DNA from: Micromonosporaceae bacterium
GTDB lineage: Bacteria > Actinomycetota > Actinomycetes > Mycobacteriales > Micromonosporaceae
Direction: 5' to 3'
Assembly: GCA_036378155.1 (NCBI GenBank)
Contig: DASUXA010000040.1
Location: 25,800-89,799 of the forward strand
Length of the DNA stretch: 64,000 bases
A program made the position numbers and the translations under genes. Below, piece by piece: positions 35,631 to 45,853 of the stretch (position 1 is the first letter of the stretch; each line of letters opens with the position of its first letter). The notes beneath the pieces are model-generated. The model made no database searches and was not told the origin of the DNA. It was given only the letters and a program-made list of their open reading frames with translations.

Positions 35631-37076
35631 ATGAGCGAACTCACCGCCGGTGTGCCGACGCGCCGCCACGCGCGCGCCGGCACACCGCCCGCCCTCCCGA
35701 TCCTCGTCCTGCTCAGCCTCGCCCAGTTCATGGTCATCCTCGACGTGTCCGTGGTGAACGTGGCACTGCCCACCATCGGGCGGTCCCTGTCGCTGAGCCG
35801 GGAAGCCCTGACCTGGGTCATCACCGCGTACACCGTCACCTTCGGCGGGCTGCTCATCCTCGGCGGTCGCCTCGCCGACGCCCTGGGGCGCAAGACCACC
35901 TTCCTGGCGGGGCTGACCCTGTTCACCCTGGCGTCGCTGACCGCCGGTCTCGCCGACAGCGGCGCGGCTCTGATCCCCAGCCGCGTCGCCCAGGGCGTCG
36001 GCGCGGCGATCCTGTCGCCGTCCGCGCTGTCCATCCTGACCACCGAGTTCACCGGTCGGGAACGCAACCGCGCGCTGGGCGTGTGGGGCGCGATCGGCGC
36101 CGCGGGCGCCGCCGTCGGGGTACTCGTCGGCGGCGTTCTCACCGCCGGTCCCGGCTGGCAGTGGGTGTTCTACGTCAACATCCCGGTCGGGGTGCTCGTC
36201 GCCGTCGGTACCGCCGTCGTCGTGCCCGCCCGCCCGCGAGACCCCTCGGCGCGGCTCGACGTGCCCGGCGCGCTGACCGGCACCGCCGCCGTGGCGCTGG
36301 TCATCTACGGGCTGGTCCGGGCCGGCGAGCGGGGCTGGACCTCGCCCTGGGCGCTGGCACCGATCGGACTGGGCGTCCTGCTCGCACTCGCGTTCGTCGC
36401 CATCGAGCGCGCCGCCGCCCATCCGCTGGTACCGACCCGGCTGGTGACCCGGCCGCCGCTGCCCGGCGCGGTGGTCGTGATGCTGGTCGCCACGGGCGCG
36501 CTGCTGGGCATGTTCTTCCTCAACTCGATCTACCTGCAGCACGTCATCCGGTACAGCCCGCTGAAGGTCGGACTGGTGTTCCTGCCGGTGGCGCTGTTCA
36601 CCGCGATCGGCGCGCACCTGGGCAGCCGCCACGTCGCCAGGATCGGTCCTCGTCCGACCGCCGCCGCCGGGCTGCTCGTCGCCGCGACCGGAATCGCCGT
36701 CATGGCATGGTGGGGCGTGGGCGGCGGGCTGACCGCGCTGCTGGTCGGCTTCCTGCTCGCCGCGCTCGGCATCGGCGCGACCTTCGTCACCGCCATCACC
36801 ACCGGACTGTCCTCAGTCGAAGAGCAGCACTCCGGCGTCGCGTCCGGGGTGTTCAACACCGGGCACGAGGTCGGCGGGTCGCTCGGCATCGCGACGCTGT
36901 CCACCGTCGCCGGCGCCAGCCTCGTCCAGGGTCCGGGCGGCGCGGCGCTCACCGGGTTCCAGCACGCGTACCTCGCCGCAGCCGTCGCCTCCGCCGTGCT
37001 CGCGGCGGCGTCAGCCGCCATACTGCTGCCCAGGGGACGCCTCGCGTCCGGCACCGGCCCGAGGTTCATACACTGA
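35631..37076 (+). CDS. MFS transporter (DHA2/EmrB-like, about 14 TM)
   Basis: 481-aa ORF with LPILVLLSLAQFMVILDVSVVNVALPTI and GRLADALGRK. Confidence 0.9.
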   Translation: MSELTAGVPTRRHARAGTPPALPILVLLSLAQFMVILDVSVVNVALPTIGRSLSLSREALTWVITAYTVTFGGLLILGGRLADALGRKTTFLAGLTLFTLASLTAGLADSGAALIPSRVAQGVGAAILSPSALSILTTEFTGRERNRALGVWGAIGAAGAAVGVLVGGVLTAGPGWQWVFYVNIPVGVLVAVGTAVVVPARPRDPSARLDVPGALTGTAAVALVIYGLVRAGERGWTSPWALAPIGLGVLLALAFVAIERAAAHPLVPTRLVTRPPLPGAVVVMLVATGALLGMFFLNSIYLQHVIRYSPLKVGLVFLPVALFTAIGAHLGSRHVARIGPRPTAAAGLLVAATGIAVMAWWGVGGGLTALLVGFLLAALGIGATFVTAITTGLSSVEEQHSGVASGVFNTGHEVGGSLGIATLSTVAGASLVQGPGGAALTGFQHAYLAAAVASAVLAAASAAILLPRGRLASGTGPRFIH

Positions 37077-37089
37077 GGTCATCGCCGAC

Positions 37090-37707
37090 ATGACCGACCG
37101 ACGTCAAGCGGAACGCGGCGCTGCCGGACGGCAGCGCCGCGCCGACGCGCAACGCAGCATCGACGCGATCCTCGATGCGGCGTTGGCGTGCGCGCCGAGC
37201 GACGGCGGGTTCAACATGACGGCGATCGCCCGGGCGGCAGGAGTCAGCCGGGTCACCCTGTACGCGCACTTCCCCACCAGGGAAGCGCTGGTCGACGCGG
37301 CACTACGCCGGGCCATGGCGCTCACCGCCGAGGCGTTCGACCGCCTGCGACTCGACGAGGGTCCGGCGACCGAGGCGCTGGACCGGATGCTGCGCTCCTC
37401 GTGGCGGATCGTGGAGCGGCACCGGAACCTGTACCAGGTGGCGTCGCGAACGCTGTCGCCGAGCGAGTTGCACGCCTACCACGCCGAGCACGTGCTGGGT
37501 CAGATCGACGCGCTGATCGCACGGGGTCAGGACACCGGCGAGTTCCGCACCGACCTGCCGCGCGAGTGGCTGGTCGGCACCGTGTACACCCTGATGCACC
37601 TGGCCGCCGAACAGCTCAACGCGGGTCAGCTCACCGCCGCGCAGGCGGGCGACGTGGTGAGCGCCACCGTGGTCTCCCTGCTGCGACGCGGCTCGGCGGC
37701 GGCTTAG
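37090..37707 (+). CDS. TetR family transcriptional regulator
   Basis: 205-aa ORF with the HTH NMTAIARAAGVSRVTLYAHFPTREAL. Confidence 0.9.
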   Translation: MTDRRQAERGAAGRQRRADAQRSIDAILDAALACAPSDGGFNMTAIARAAGVSRVTLYAHFPTREALVDAALRRAMALTAEAFDRLRLDEGPATEALDRMLRSSWRIVERHRNLYQVASRTLSPSELHAYHAEHVLGQIDALIARGQDTGEFRTDLPREWLVGTVYTLMHLAAEQLNAGQLTAAQAGDVVSATVVSLLRRGSAAA

Positions 37708-37742
37708 CGGGCACCGGCGGCTGGTCGAAGCGCGATGCGGGG

Positions 37743-39164
37743 CTAACCCGGCTGGGTCGCCGTGTCGGCGCGCGCGCGTGCCGCGGCGACCAGTACCGCC
37801 AACTCCCGCTCGATCGCGCCCGCCAGCAGTTCGACCTCGGGCGTGCTGTCGTCGTCCCAGGTGATGCCGAACGACAGTTGCCCGTGGTACGACAACATCG
37901 CGATCCCGGTGCGCAGCCGCAGGGCGATCGGCACGTACGGCAGGATCTCCACGATCGGGCGGCCCAGCGCGTACAGCGTGCGCGGCGGTCCCGGCACGTT
38001 CGTCGTGACCGTCACGATGTTGCGTTGCGGCAGCCGGGCGGCGAACCGTACCGCCCAGGAGATCGGCGCGAAAGGCTCGTGCCGGGCCAGGGTCGTCATC
38101 GCCTCGCCCGCCTCCGCCTCCTTGCTCGCCTTCAGCGCGGCGAGCCGCACGTGTACCACGCCCAGCCGCTCCACCGGGTCGGCGACGTCGACCGGCAGCA
38201 GCGGCAGCATCATCGAGATGCGGTTGTCGATGACGCCTCCCTGGTCCGGTGCCCGTACCGACACCGGCACCAGGGAGCGGACCGCGTCGGGTACCGGCTG
38301 CTCGTCGCGGTGCAGCAGCAGCGCGCGGAACGCCCCGGTGACGGCGGACAGTACGACGTCGTTGACGGTGACTCCGAACGCGCGGGCGGTACCGACGATG
38401 TCCGGCAGCAAGGCGCGGGCGACGCCGTACCGGCGCTGCGCGCCGATCGGGCCGCTCAGCGACGACCGGGTCACCGGTCGCAGCACCCCGGCGAGCTCGG
38501 TGAGTCCCCGCGCGGTGTCCGCGACCCGGCGCGCCAACGCCGCCGGGGTACGCATCGCCCGACCCACCAGCCGCACCTGCTCCATCGGGGTCCGCGCCAG
38601 GTCGGCGAGCGCCAGCACGGTCAGCCGGGTCGTGCTCGGCTCCGGCGGCGGGTTCCACGCGGGTGCCGGACCGCCGGGCGAGCGGCGGCGATCGTGCGGC
38701 GAGTCGTCGAAGGTCAGGCTGTACAACTGGTTGCCGGACAGCCCGTCAGCCATGCAGTGGTGCACCTTCGACAGGATCGCCCACCGCCCGTCCGCCAGCC
38801 CCTTGATCACCCAGCACTGCCACAGCGGCCGGTCCCGGTCCAGTCGCTGCGACATGATCCGGGCGACCAGGCGGCACAACGCGTCGTCGGTCGGCTCCGG
38901 AATCGCGGTCCACAGCACGTGCCGGTCGAGGTCGAATCGGGGGTCGTCGACCCACACCGGTTGCCCGAGGTCGAACGGGACGGTGCGGACCTTCTGCCGG
39001 TACCGGGGAATCGACGGCACCCGCTCGCCGAGCATCCGCAGGAACTCGTCCCGGTCCGGCATGGGACCCTCGACCACCGCGACCGAGGCGATCGCCAGCG
39101 ACGCGTGCCGATCCTCGTCCTCGGCGTCGAGAAAGCCCGCGTCGAGCGGGCTCAGGTGCTCCAT
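37743..39164 (-). CDS. wax ester synthase/diacylglycerol acyltransferase (WS/DGAT)
   Basis: Started at ATG 39164 (MEHLSPLDAGFL). The catalytic motif is HHCMADG. Confidence 0.9.
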   Translation of the reverse strand: MEHLSPLDAGFLDAEDEDRHASLAIASVAVVEGPMPDRDEFLRMLGERVPSIPRYRQKVRTVPFDLGQPVWVDDPRFDLDRHVLWTAIPEPTDDALCRLVARIMSQRLDRDRPLWQCWVIKGLADGRWAILSKVHHCMADGLSGNQLYSLTFDDSPHDRRRSPGGPAPAWNPPPEPSTTRLTVLALADLARTPMEQVRLVGRAMRTPAALARRVADTARGLTELAGVLRPVTRSSLSGPIGAQRRYGVARALLPDIVGTARAFGVTVNDVVLSAVTGAFRALLLHRDEQPVPDAVRSLVPVSVRAPDQGGVIDNRISMMLPLLPVDVADPVERLGVVHVRLAALKASKEAEAGEAMTTLARHEPFAPISWAVRFAARLPQRNIVTVTTNVPGPPRTLYALGRPIVEILPYVPIALRLRTGIAMLSYHGQLSFGITWDDDSTPEVELLAGAIERELAVLVAAARARADTATQPG

Positions 39165-39270
39165 CACGACCCCCGTGGCACCCCGCGTCAGCCACACGCT
39201 GACCGGCGCTCTCGGGTCCAGGCTCCCCGGTGGCGGCGCGCGGCGGGCAGGGCCGACCGGCCCTGCCGAC

Positions 39271-39341
39271 CCTTGCCGCCCGGCCTTGTCCGGTCGGCGC
39301 TGCCCACCTTGCCGCCCGGCCTTGTCCGGTCGGCGCTGCCC
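39271..39341. repeat. exact 35-bp unit duplicated in tandem (period 36)
   Basis: CCTTGCCGCCCGGCCTTGTCCGGTCGGCGCTGCCC occurs at 39271-39305 and 39307-39341, in the divergent WS/DGAT - hydrolase spacer. Confidence 0.9.
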
Positions 39342-39377
39342 GTTGTCCGGCGGCACACGGCCGGGCAGGCTTGGTCC

Positions 39378-40265
39378 GTGACGACGCTCGCGCGCACCAC
39401 GAACGGCACGATCGAGATCGCGTACACGGTGGACGGCCCCCCGCACGGCGAGCCGCTGCTGCTCGTCATGGGTCTCGGCATGCAGATGATCTTCTGGCCG
39501 GACGGCTTCGTCGCCGAGCTGGTGGCGCGCGGCTTCACTGTCGCCCGGTTCGACAACCGCGACGTCGGGCTGTCCACACACCTCACCGGGCACCGCCCGG
39601 CGAGCCTGCCGACCATGCTCGCCCGCCCGGCGGCGGGCGCGGTGTACGACCTGGACGACATGGCCGACGACGCGGTCGCGGTGCTCGACGCCCTCGACTG
39701 GTCCAGCGCGCACATCGTGGGCGCGTCGCTGGGCGGGATGATCGCGCAGACCGTCGCCGTGCGGCACCCGAGCCGGGTGCGTACCCTCACCTCGATCATG
39801 TCGACCCCGTCGCCCCGGATCGGTCGACCCCGGCCGCGTGCGCTGCGGGTACTCGTCGGACACGACGCCCGCGACCGGGAGCAGGCAGCCCGGCGGATGG
39901 TGCGGGTGTTCCGGGTGATCGGTTCGCCGGGATACCCGCACGACGAGGCGTGGCTGCGCGAGGCGGCGGCTCAGGCGTACGACCGGGCGCACGACCCCGC
40001 CGGGGTGCGTCGGCAACTCGCGGCGATCGCCGCCTCCGGGGACCGGCGTGCGGGGCTGGCGAACCTGCGCATACCCGCGCTCGTCCTGCACGGCGAGGCG
40101 GACCCGCTGGTACGCCCGTCCGGCGGTCGCGCCACTGCCGCGGCGATACCGGGCGCGCGACTGGTGACGTATCCCGGGATGGGTCACGACCTGCCCGGCG
40201 ACCTGTGGTCGACGTTCGCCGACGAGATCGCCGCCCTCGCCGCCACCAGCGGTAACGCACTGTAA
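39378..40265 (+). CDS. alpha/beta hydrolase
   Basis: In-frame GTG 39378. Blocks PLLLVMGLG and the nucleophile elbow GASLGG. Confidence 0.85.
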   Translation: MTTLARTTNGTIEIAYTVDGPPHGEPLLLVMGLGMQMIFWPDGFVAELVARGFTVARFDNRDVGLSTHLTGHRPASLPTMLARPAAGAVYDLDDMADDAVAVLDALDWSSAHIVGASLGGMIAQTVAVRHPSRVRTLTSIMSTPSPRIGRPRPRALRVLVGHDARDREQAARRMVRVFRVIGSPGYPHDEAWLREAAAQAYDRAHDPAGVRRQLAAIAASGDRRAGLANLRIPALVLHGEADPLVRPSGGRATAAAIPGARLVTYPGMGHDLPGDLWSTFADEIAALAATSGNAL

Positions 40266-40375
40266 CCGACGAAACACGGTCACATGGACCGCGAGCGCGC
40301 GGGGCACCTGTCATCCTGTACGCATCACCGGGGTGGCCGGCGTCACATCAGTGGTCACCGTCCTGGGAGGGCGCC

Positions 40376-41404
40376 ATGGCGACCACGCTTCGACCACGCG
40401 TCGGCTTGGTACTCGGAGCCGGCGGCGCCCTCGGCGCCGCGTGGACCGCGGGCGCTCTCGCCGCGTTGCAGGAACGGCTGGACCGACCGGTACCGGACGT
40501 CGACATGATCGTCGGGACCAGCGCCGGCAGCGTCGTCGCCGCCTCGCTGCGCTGCGGTGTCGGCGTCGACGAGATCGTCGCGTACCAGCGCGGTCTCGCC
40601 CTGGCGACCCTGCCCCACCTGGCGGACCTCGACAAGGAGTCAGGTGCGCTGCCCCCGCTGCCCCGGCTGCGACTCGGCTCGCCGCGACTGCTCGCCGCGA
40701 CGGCGCGCGCCCCGCACCGGGTACACCCGTGGGTCGCCGCCAGCGCCCTGCTGCCCGCCGGGCGAGCCGAACACCGCTGCCTCGCCGGACTGGTGAACTC
40801 GCTGGTCAGCCACGCCAACGGCGGGGCGGACGGCAGCGCCGTCGCGACGCACCTGGACGGGCGCGCCGTCGCGGCGGACGGGCGCACCTGGATCATGTCC
40901 GTGGACTACGGGTCGGGTCGGCGCGTGGCGTTCGGTCGTCCCGGCGCGCCGACCGCGTCGCTGTCGGACGCGGTGGTCGCCTCGTGTTCGATACCCGGCT
41001 GGCATCGACCCAAGATCATCGATGGTCGTCCGTACGTCGACGGCGGCGTCCGCTCGTCGACCTCACTGGACCTGCTGACCCGGGTCGAACTCGACGAGGT
41101 GTACGTGCTCGCCCCGATGGCCAGTTTCGACCCGGACCGACCGCGTCACCCGGCGGCCCGTGCCGAACGGCTGGTCCGGCAACTCGTCACCAAGGGGCTG
41201 GCCGGGGAGATCCGGGCGGTCCAGGCGACCGGTGCGACGGTGCGCGTGCTCACCCCCGGTCCCGAGGATCTCGCCGCGATCGGCGCCAACATGATGGAGC
41301 CGAGCCGTCGGCTGCGGGTCCTGGAGACCTCCCTCGCCACGTCGCCGATCCGACTCGCCGCGCTGGACAAGCGGTCGCACCGCGCGTCGACACGCGTCCT
41401 GTGA
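40376..41404 (+). CDS. patatin-like phospholipase
   Basis: GLVLGAGGALGAAW (oxyanion), GTSAGS (GxSxG), and a later DGG. Confidence 0.9.
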   Translation: MATTLRPRVGLVLGAGGALGAAWTAGALAALQERLDRPVPDVDMIVGTSAGSVVAASLRCGVGVDEIVAYQRGLALATLPHLADLDKESGALPPLPRLRLGSPRLLAATARAPHRVHPWVAASALLPAGRAEHRCLAGLVNSLVSHANGGADGSAVATHLDGRAVAADGRTWIMSVDYGSGRRVAFGRPGAPTASLSDAVVASCSIPGWHRPKIIDGRPYVDGGVRSSTSLDLLTRVELDEVYVLAPMASFDPDRPRHPAARAERLVRQLVTKGLAGEIRAVQATGATVRVLTPGPEDLAAIGANMMEPSRRLRVLETSLATSPIRLAALDKRSHRASTRVL

Positions 41405-41492
41405 CCCGCCTCACCCCGCCTCACGTGGGTCGCCCGGCGTCTCGTCCTCGCGGGTGAGAACGCCCGTACGGGCGACGCGAGGAGGCGTGAAG

Positions 41493-42734
41493 ATGGCAGG
41501 AACCACAGGTGACCGCCGGGTCGTGATCGTGGGCGGCGGATACACCGGAATGATGTGCGCGATCCGGCTGGCGCGCCGTACCCGCCGGCACGGCGTCGAG
41601 GTCGTCCTGGTCAACCCGTCCGACCGGTTCACCGAGCGGCTGCGCATGCACCAGATCGCAACCGGGCAGACGCTGTCCGACCGCCGGATCCCGGCGCTGC
41701 TCGAGGGTACCGGCGTCCAGTTCGTCCAGGGTCGGGCGAGCCGCATCGACCCGGATCAGCGCGACGTGTGGGTGGACACCGACCGTGGTCCGAGGGTGCT
41801 GCGGTACCACACGCTGGTGTACGCGATCGGCAGCGTCGCCGACAGCCGCACCGTGCCCGGGGTCGAGACGCACGCGTACACACTGGACGACCCGCACGCC
41901 GCGACCCGGCTGGCGAACCGGCTGGCGGAACTGGACGGCGGCACGGTCGCGGTGTGCGGCGGCGGGCTGACCGGGGTCGAGTCGGCCGCCGAGATCGCCG
42001 ACAGCCACCCACGGGTGCGGGTGCTGCTGCTGACCCGCGACGAACCCGGCTCCATGATGGGCGACCGGGCACGCGGGTACCTGCGCCGGTCGCTGGCCCG
42101 GCTGGGCGTCGAGGTGCGCGCCGGGGTCGAGGTCGTCAAGGTGCTGCCCGGCGCGCCCCAGCCGACCGACGGTCAACCGGTCGTGCTCGAGCTCGCCGAC
42201 GGCGAATCGGTACCGGTCGACGCCTGCCTGTGGACCACCGGTTTCGTGGCGTCGCCGCTGGCCGAGCGGTCGGGTCTGGCAGTGGACCCGCGCGGTCGCG
42301 TGGTGGTCGACGAGACGCTGGCGTCGGTGTCGCACCCGTCGGTGTACGCGATCGGCGACGCGGCGGCGGTGCGGCAGCCGTGGGGCGAGATCCACGGCAC
42401 CTGCCAGAGCGGCATCCCGATGGCGATCCACGCCGCCGACACCATCGCCCGCCGGCTGCGGGACCGTCCGGCGAAGCCGTTCCGGTTCGGGTACGTCCAC
42501 CAGCCGGTCAGCCTGGGTCGGCACGACGCGGTCATCCAGTTCACCCGACCCGACGACTCGCCGCGCCGGTGGTACCTGACCGGACGCGCGGCGGTCGCCT
42601 ACAAGGAGGCGGTCAGCAGCAGCCCGCCCTGGGCGTACCGGCTGTCCGCGCGGGTCACCGTGCCCGCCGCGTTCGTCGCGCTGCGCGGCGGTCGCGCCAC
42701 CCGGCGACCGGTCAGCGCCGCCGCAGGCCGGTGA
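41493..42734 (+). CDS. FAD-dependent pyridine nucleotide-disulfide oxidoreductase (NDH-2-like)
   Basis: ATG 41493 is preceded by GAGGAGG. Dinucleotide folds VVIVGGGYTGMM and VAVCGGGLTGVE, and a C-terminal AIGDAA. Confidence 0.85.
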   Translation: MAGTTGDRRVVIVGGGYTGMMCAIRLARRTRRHGVEVVLVNPSDRFTERLRMHQIATGQTLSDRRIPALLEGTGVQFVQGRASRIDPDQRDVWVDTDRGPRVLRYHTLVYAIGSVADSRTVPGVETHAYTLDDPHAATRLANRLAELDGGTVAVCGGGLTGVESAAEIADSHPRVRVLLLTRDEPGSMMGDRARGYLRRSLARLGVEVRAGVEVVKVLPGAPQPTDGQPVVLELADGESVPVDACLWTTGFVASPLAERSGLAVDPRGRVVVDETLASVSHPSVYAIGDAAAVRQPWGEIHGTCQSGIPMAIHAADTIARRLRDRPAKPFRFGYVHQPVSLGRHDAVIQFTRPDDSPRRWYLTGRAAVAYKEAVSSSPPWAYRLSARVTVPAAFVALRGGRATRRPVSAAAGR

Positions 42735-43587
42735 GCTTGTCCGGATTGTTGATCAGGTGGATGGCGTGGATCACGCCATCCACCACGTACAACGTCGCCG
42801 CGGCGGCGGGCTGGTCGGCGGAGTACATGACGATGGCCGGCCCGCCGTTGACGTCGGTGATCTCGAAGCTCGGCTGCTCCGGCATGCGCCCGGCGAAGGT
42901 GACCAGCGCGCGGGCGACGAGGTCCGGACCGTAGATCGGCTTGCGCGGCGCGGGCGCCAGACCGCCGCCGTCGCTGACCATGACCACGTCGGGCGCCAGT
43001 ACCCGCATCAGCCCCGCCAGGTCGCCGCCCGAGGCAGCCGCCAGGAACTGCTGGGTGACGGCGATGCGGGTCGCCCGGTCGGTGTCGTACCGCAGGCGAC
43101 GCTGCTCGACGTGCTCGCGGGCGCGGCGCGCGGTCTGACGTACCGACTCCTCGCTGCGACCGACGATGTCGGCGATTTCCGCGTACGAGTACGCGAACGC
43201 CTCGCGCAGCACGAACACCGCCCGTTCCAGGGGCGACAACGACTCCAGTACCAGCAGCATCGCGGTCGACACCGTGTCCGCCATGGTCACGTCCTCGGCG
43301 ACGTCGGGGCTGGTCAGCATCGGCTCCGGCAGCCACGACCCGACGTACGCCTCGCGGCGCGCCTGCGCGCTGCGCAACCGGTCGATCGCCAGCCGGGTGA
43401 CGACCCGGACCAGGTACGCCGCCGGATCGTCGATGGTCGAGCGGTCCGCGCCGGCCCAGCGCAGCCACGCGTCCTGGACCACGTCCTCGGCGTCGCCGAC
43501 CCGACCGAGCACCCGGTACGCCACCCCGTACAGCCGACCCCGGTGCTCCTCGAACACCCGCGTCGCCTCGGCCTCGTCGATGGTCAC
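42712..43587 (-). CDS. sigJ: ECF sigma factor, SigJ-type, with SnoaL-like C-terminal extension
   Basis: Blocks RLYGVAYRVLGRVGDAEDVVQDAWLRW and REAYVGSWLPEP. About 120 aa form an extra C-terminal domain. Confidence 0.9.
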   Translation of the reverse strand: MTIDEAEATRVFEEHRGRLYGVAYRVLGRVGDAEDVVQDAWLRWAGADRSTIDDPAAYLVRVVTRLAIDRLRSAQARREAYVGSWLPEPMLTSPDVAEDVTMADTVSTAMLLVLESLSPLERAVFVLREAFAYSYAEIADIVGRSEESVRQTARRAREHVEQRRLRYDTDRATRIAVTQQFLAAASGGDLAGLMRVLAPDVVMVSDGGGLAPAPRKPIYGPDLVARALVTFAGRMPEQPSFEITDVNGGPAIVMYSADQPAAAATLYVVDGVIHAIHLINNPDKLTGLRRR

Positions 43588-43641
43588 GCCGTCGCCTCCC
43601 GTCGCCCGGACTCCACTCTAGGGCCGGCGTACGGTGAGCCG

Positions 43642-45015
43642 ATGGACGATCTCGGTTCGCTGCTGCGCAAGGCCGCCGACGAGGCGGCACGGTACCGGGC
43701 GTCGCTGCCCGACGCCCCGGTCACCGCCGCGCTCGACCTGGACGCCGCGCGCCGCGCCTTCGACGGTCCGCTGCCCGACGCGCCCACCGCCCCGGACAAG
43801 GTGCTGGACGACCTGCTCAGGGCCGCCGAGGGCGGCCTGACCGGGTCGGCGGGACCGCGCTTCTTCGGGTTCGTCATCGGCGGGGCGCTGCCGGTCGCGA
43901 CCGCCGCCGACGTGCTCGCCGCCGGCTGGGACCAGTGCGCGTACAACGCGACGCTGGCACCCGCGGCGATCGCCGCCGAGCAGGTCGCCGGGCAGTGGCT
44001 GAAGGACCTGCTGGGCATCCCGCAGTCCGCGTCGGTCGGGTTCGTCACCGGGGCGCAGGCGGCGAACACGGTCGGGCTCGCCGCCGCCCGGCACCATGTG
44101 CTCGCCGAGGCTGGTTGGGACGTGGAACGCCGGGGAATGTCCGGCGCGCCTCGGCTGCGCGTGGTGGCGGGCGCGGAGCGCCACGCCACGATCGACCGGT
44201 CGCTGCGGCTGCTCGGGCTGGGCTCGGACGTGGTCGAGGAGGTACGCGCCGACGCCAACGGCGCGATGGACGTCGATCACCTGCGCGAGGTGCTCGCGCG
44301 CGGACCGGGCGGCCCGACGATCGTGTGCCTGCAGGCCGGCAACGTGAACACCGGCGCGTGCGACAACCTGCGTGCCGCGTGCGAGATCGTCCACCGGTAC
44401 GGCGGCTGGGCGCACGTCGACGGGGCGTTCGGGTTGTGGGCCGCCGCCAGCCCGGACACCAGGCATCTGGTCGACGGAGTGGAACTGGCCGATTCGTGGG
44501 GCTGCGACGGGCACAAGTGGCTGAACGTGCCGTACGACTCGGCGTTCGCGTTCTGTTCGCGTCCCGAGGTGCACGCGGCGGCACTGTCGTACACCGCCTC
44601 CTACCTGGTCGGATCGGGGACGGTACCGAGCGGCGGGGACTACACGCCGGAGTCGTCGCGCCGGGCGCGCGGGTTCGCGGTCTGGGCGGCGCTGCGGCAC
44701 CTGGGTCGCGACGGGGTCGCCGATCTGGTCGACCGGTGCTGCCGACTGGCTCGGCGGTTCGCGGACCGGTTGGCGGCGGCGGGCGTCGAGGTGGTCAACG
44801 ACGTGGTACTCAACCAGGTGCTGGTCAGCTTCGGCGACGACGCCCGCACCGACCGCGTCGTCGAGGCGATCCAGCGCGACGGTACCTGCTGGATGGGCGG
44901 TACCACGTGGCGCGGCAGGCGACTGATGCGCATCTCGGTGTCGAACTACTCGACGACCGAGGACGACGTCGACCGTTCGGTCGCCGCCATCGTGAGGCTG
45001 GCGGGACGCGACTGA
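43642..45015 (+). CDS. pyridoxal-phosphate-dependent decarboxylase (fold type I)
   Basis: In-frame ATG 43642. Blocks GFVTGAQAANTVGL, HVDGAFG and the Lys motif DGHKWLNVPYD. Confidence 0.85.
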   Translation: MDDLGSLLRKAADEAARYRASLPDAPVTAALDLDAARRAFDGPLPDAPTAPDKVLDDLLRAAEGGLTGSAGPRFFGFVIGGALPVATAADVLAAGWDQCAYNATLAPAAIAAEQVAGQWLKDLLGIPQSASVGFVTGAQAANTVGLAAARHHVLAEAGWDVERRGMSGAPRLRVVAGAERHATIDRSLRLLGLGSDVVEEVRADANGAMDVDHLREVLARGPGGPTIVCLQAGNVNTGACDNLRAACEIVHRYGGWAHVDGAFGLWAAASPDTRHLVDGVELADSWGCDGHKWLNVPYDSAFAFCSRPEVHAAALSYTASYLVGSGTVPSGGDYTPESSRRARGFAVWAALRHLGRDGVADLVDRCCRLARRFADRLAAAGVEVVNDVVLNQVLVSFGDDARTDRVVEAIQRDGTCWMGGTTWRGRRLMRISVSNYSTTEDDVDRSVAAIVRLAGRD

Positions 45016-45027
45016 GCCGCGGCGCGG

Positions 45028-45705
45028 TCACGCCTCGGCGAGCAGCCGGGTCAACGCGTCGGGCGCGGTGATCATGGCGTCGTGTCCGGTCGCGAGGTCC
45101 ACGCAGGACCAGCCGAATTCGCGTGCCCAGTCGGCGAACGGGATGCCCGCCGGGGTGCACAGCACCGCCCGGCACGGGAGGTCGTCGACCGCGCCGGTCA
45201 GCCGGGTCGGCTCGGCGAAGGTGTACCTGGGCTGCGGGGTCAGCAGCCCGGTCAGCCACGCGGCAACGTCGGGCTCGGTCACTCCGACCGCCGACGGTCG
45301 CGGCGGGCGGATCAGTCCGTCCACGGTCGCGGTGTCCACCCAGGCGCGGAAATACTCCGGAGCCCGGTCGTCGAGCGACTCGCCGTCCCGCCCAGCCCAG
45401 CCGTCCACCATGACCAGCCGCGCGACCCGGTCGGGCATCCGGTCGGCCGCCTCGCGCACCACGAAACCGGCGTAGCTGTGCCCGACCAGGACCACGTCAC
45501 GCAGGTCCTCGTAGCGCAGCACCCCGCACACGTCCTCGACGTGGGTGCGCAGCCCGGTCCCCGGCGTGACCAGGTGGGACCGCTCCCCCAGCCCGGTCAG
45601 GGTCGGCGTGAACACGACGTGTCCGGCCCCGCGCAGCCGGTCCGCCACCGCCCGCCAACACCACCCGCCGTGCCACGCCCCGTGCACCAGTACGTAGGTC
45701 GCCAT
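45028..45705 (-). CDS. alpha/beta hydrolase (small esterase-like)
   Basis: ATG 45705 is preceded by GGGGAGGA. Blocks YVLVHGAWHGGWCW and GHSYAG. Confidence 0.8.
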   Translation of the reverse strand: MATYVLVHGAWHGGWCWRAVADRLRGAGHVVFTPTLTGLGERSHLVTPGTGLRTHVEDVCGVLRYEDLRDVVLVGHSYAGFVVREAADRMPDRVARLVMVDGWAGRDGESLDDRAPEYFRAWVDTATVDGLIRPPRPSAVGVTEPDVAAWLTGLLTPQPRYTFAEPTRLTGAVDDLPCRAVLCTPAGIPFADWAREFGWSCVDLATGHDAMITAPDALTRLLAEA

Positions 45706-45853
45706 TCGTCCTCCCCGGCGGTCACCGTACCGGCACACCCCGACCGTCCGTCGGGTGGTGGACGCCGAGCGGGGAAGCGGTCGCCGCCGAGTGGCGCGCA
45801 GTACGGGACCTTGTGCTCTCCGGGCAGGTGCGCGGGTCTTCGACAATGAGGGC

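Noticed and set aside
39214-39227. Second DosR-like box GGGTCCAGGCTCCC upstream of the WS/DGAT gene.
   Set aside because: Only 8 of 10 half-site positions match and it is not palindromic. It is too weak to report as a site.
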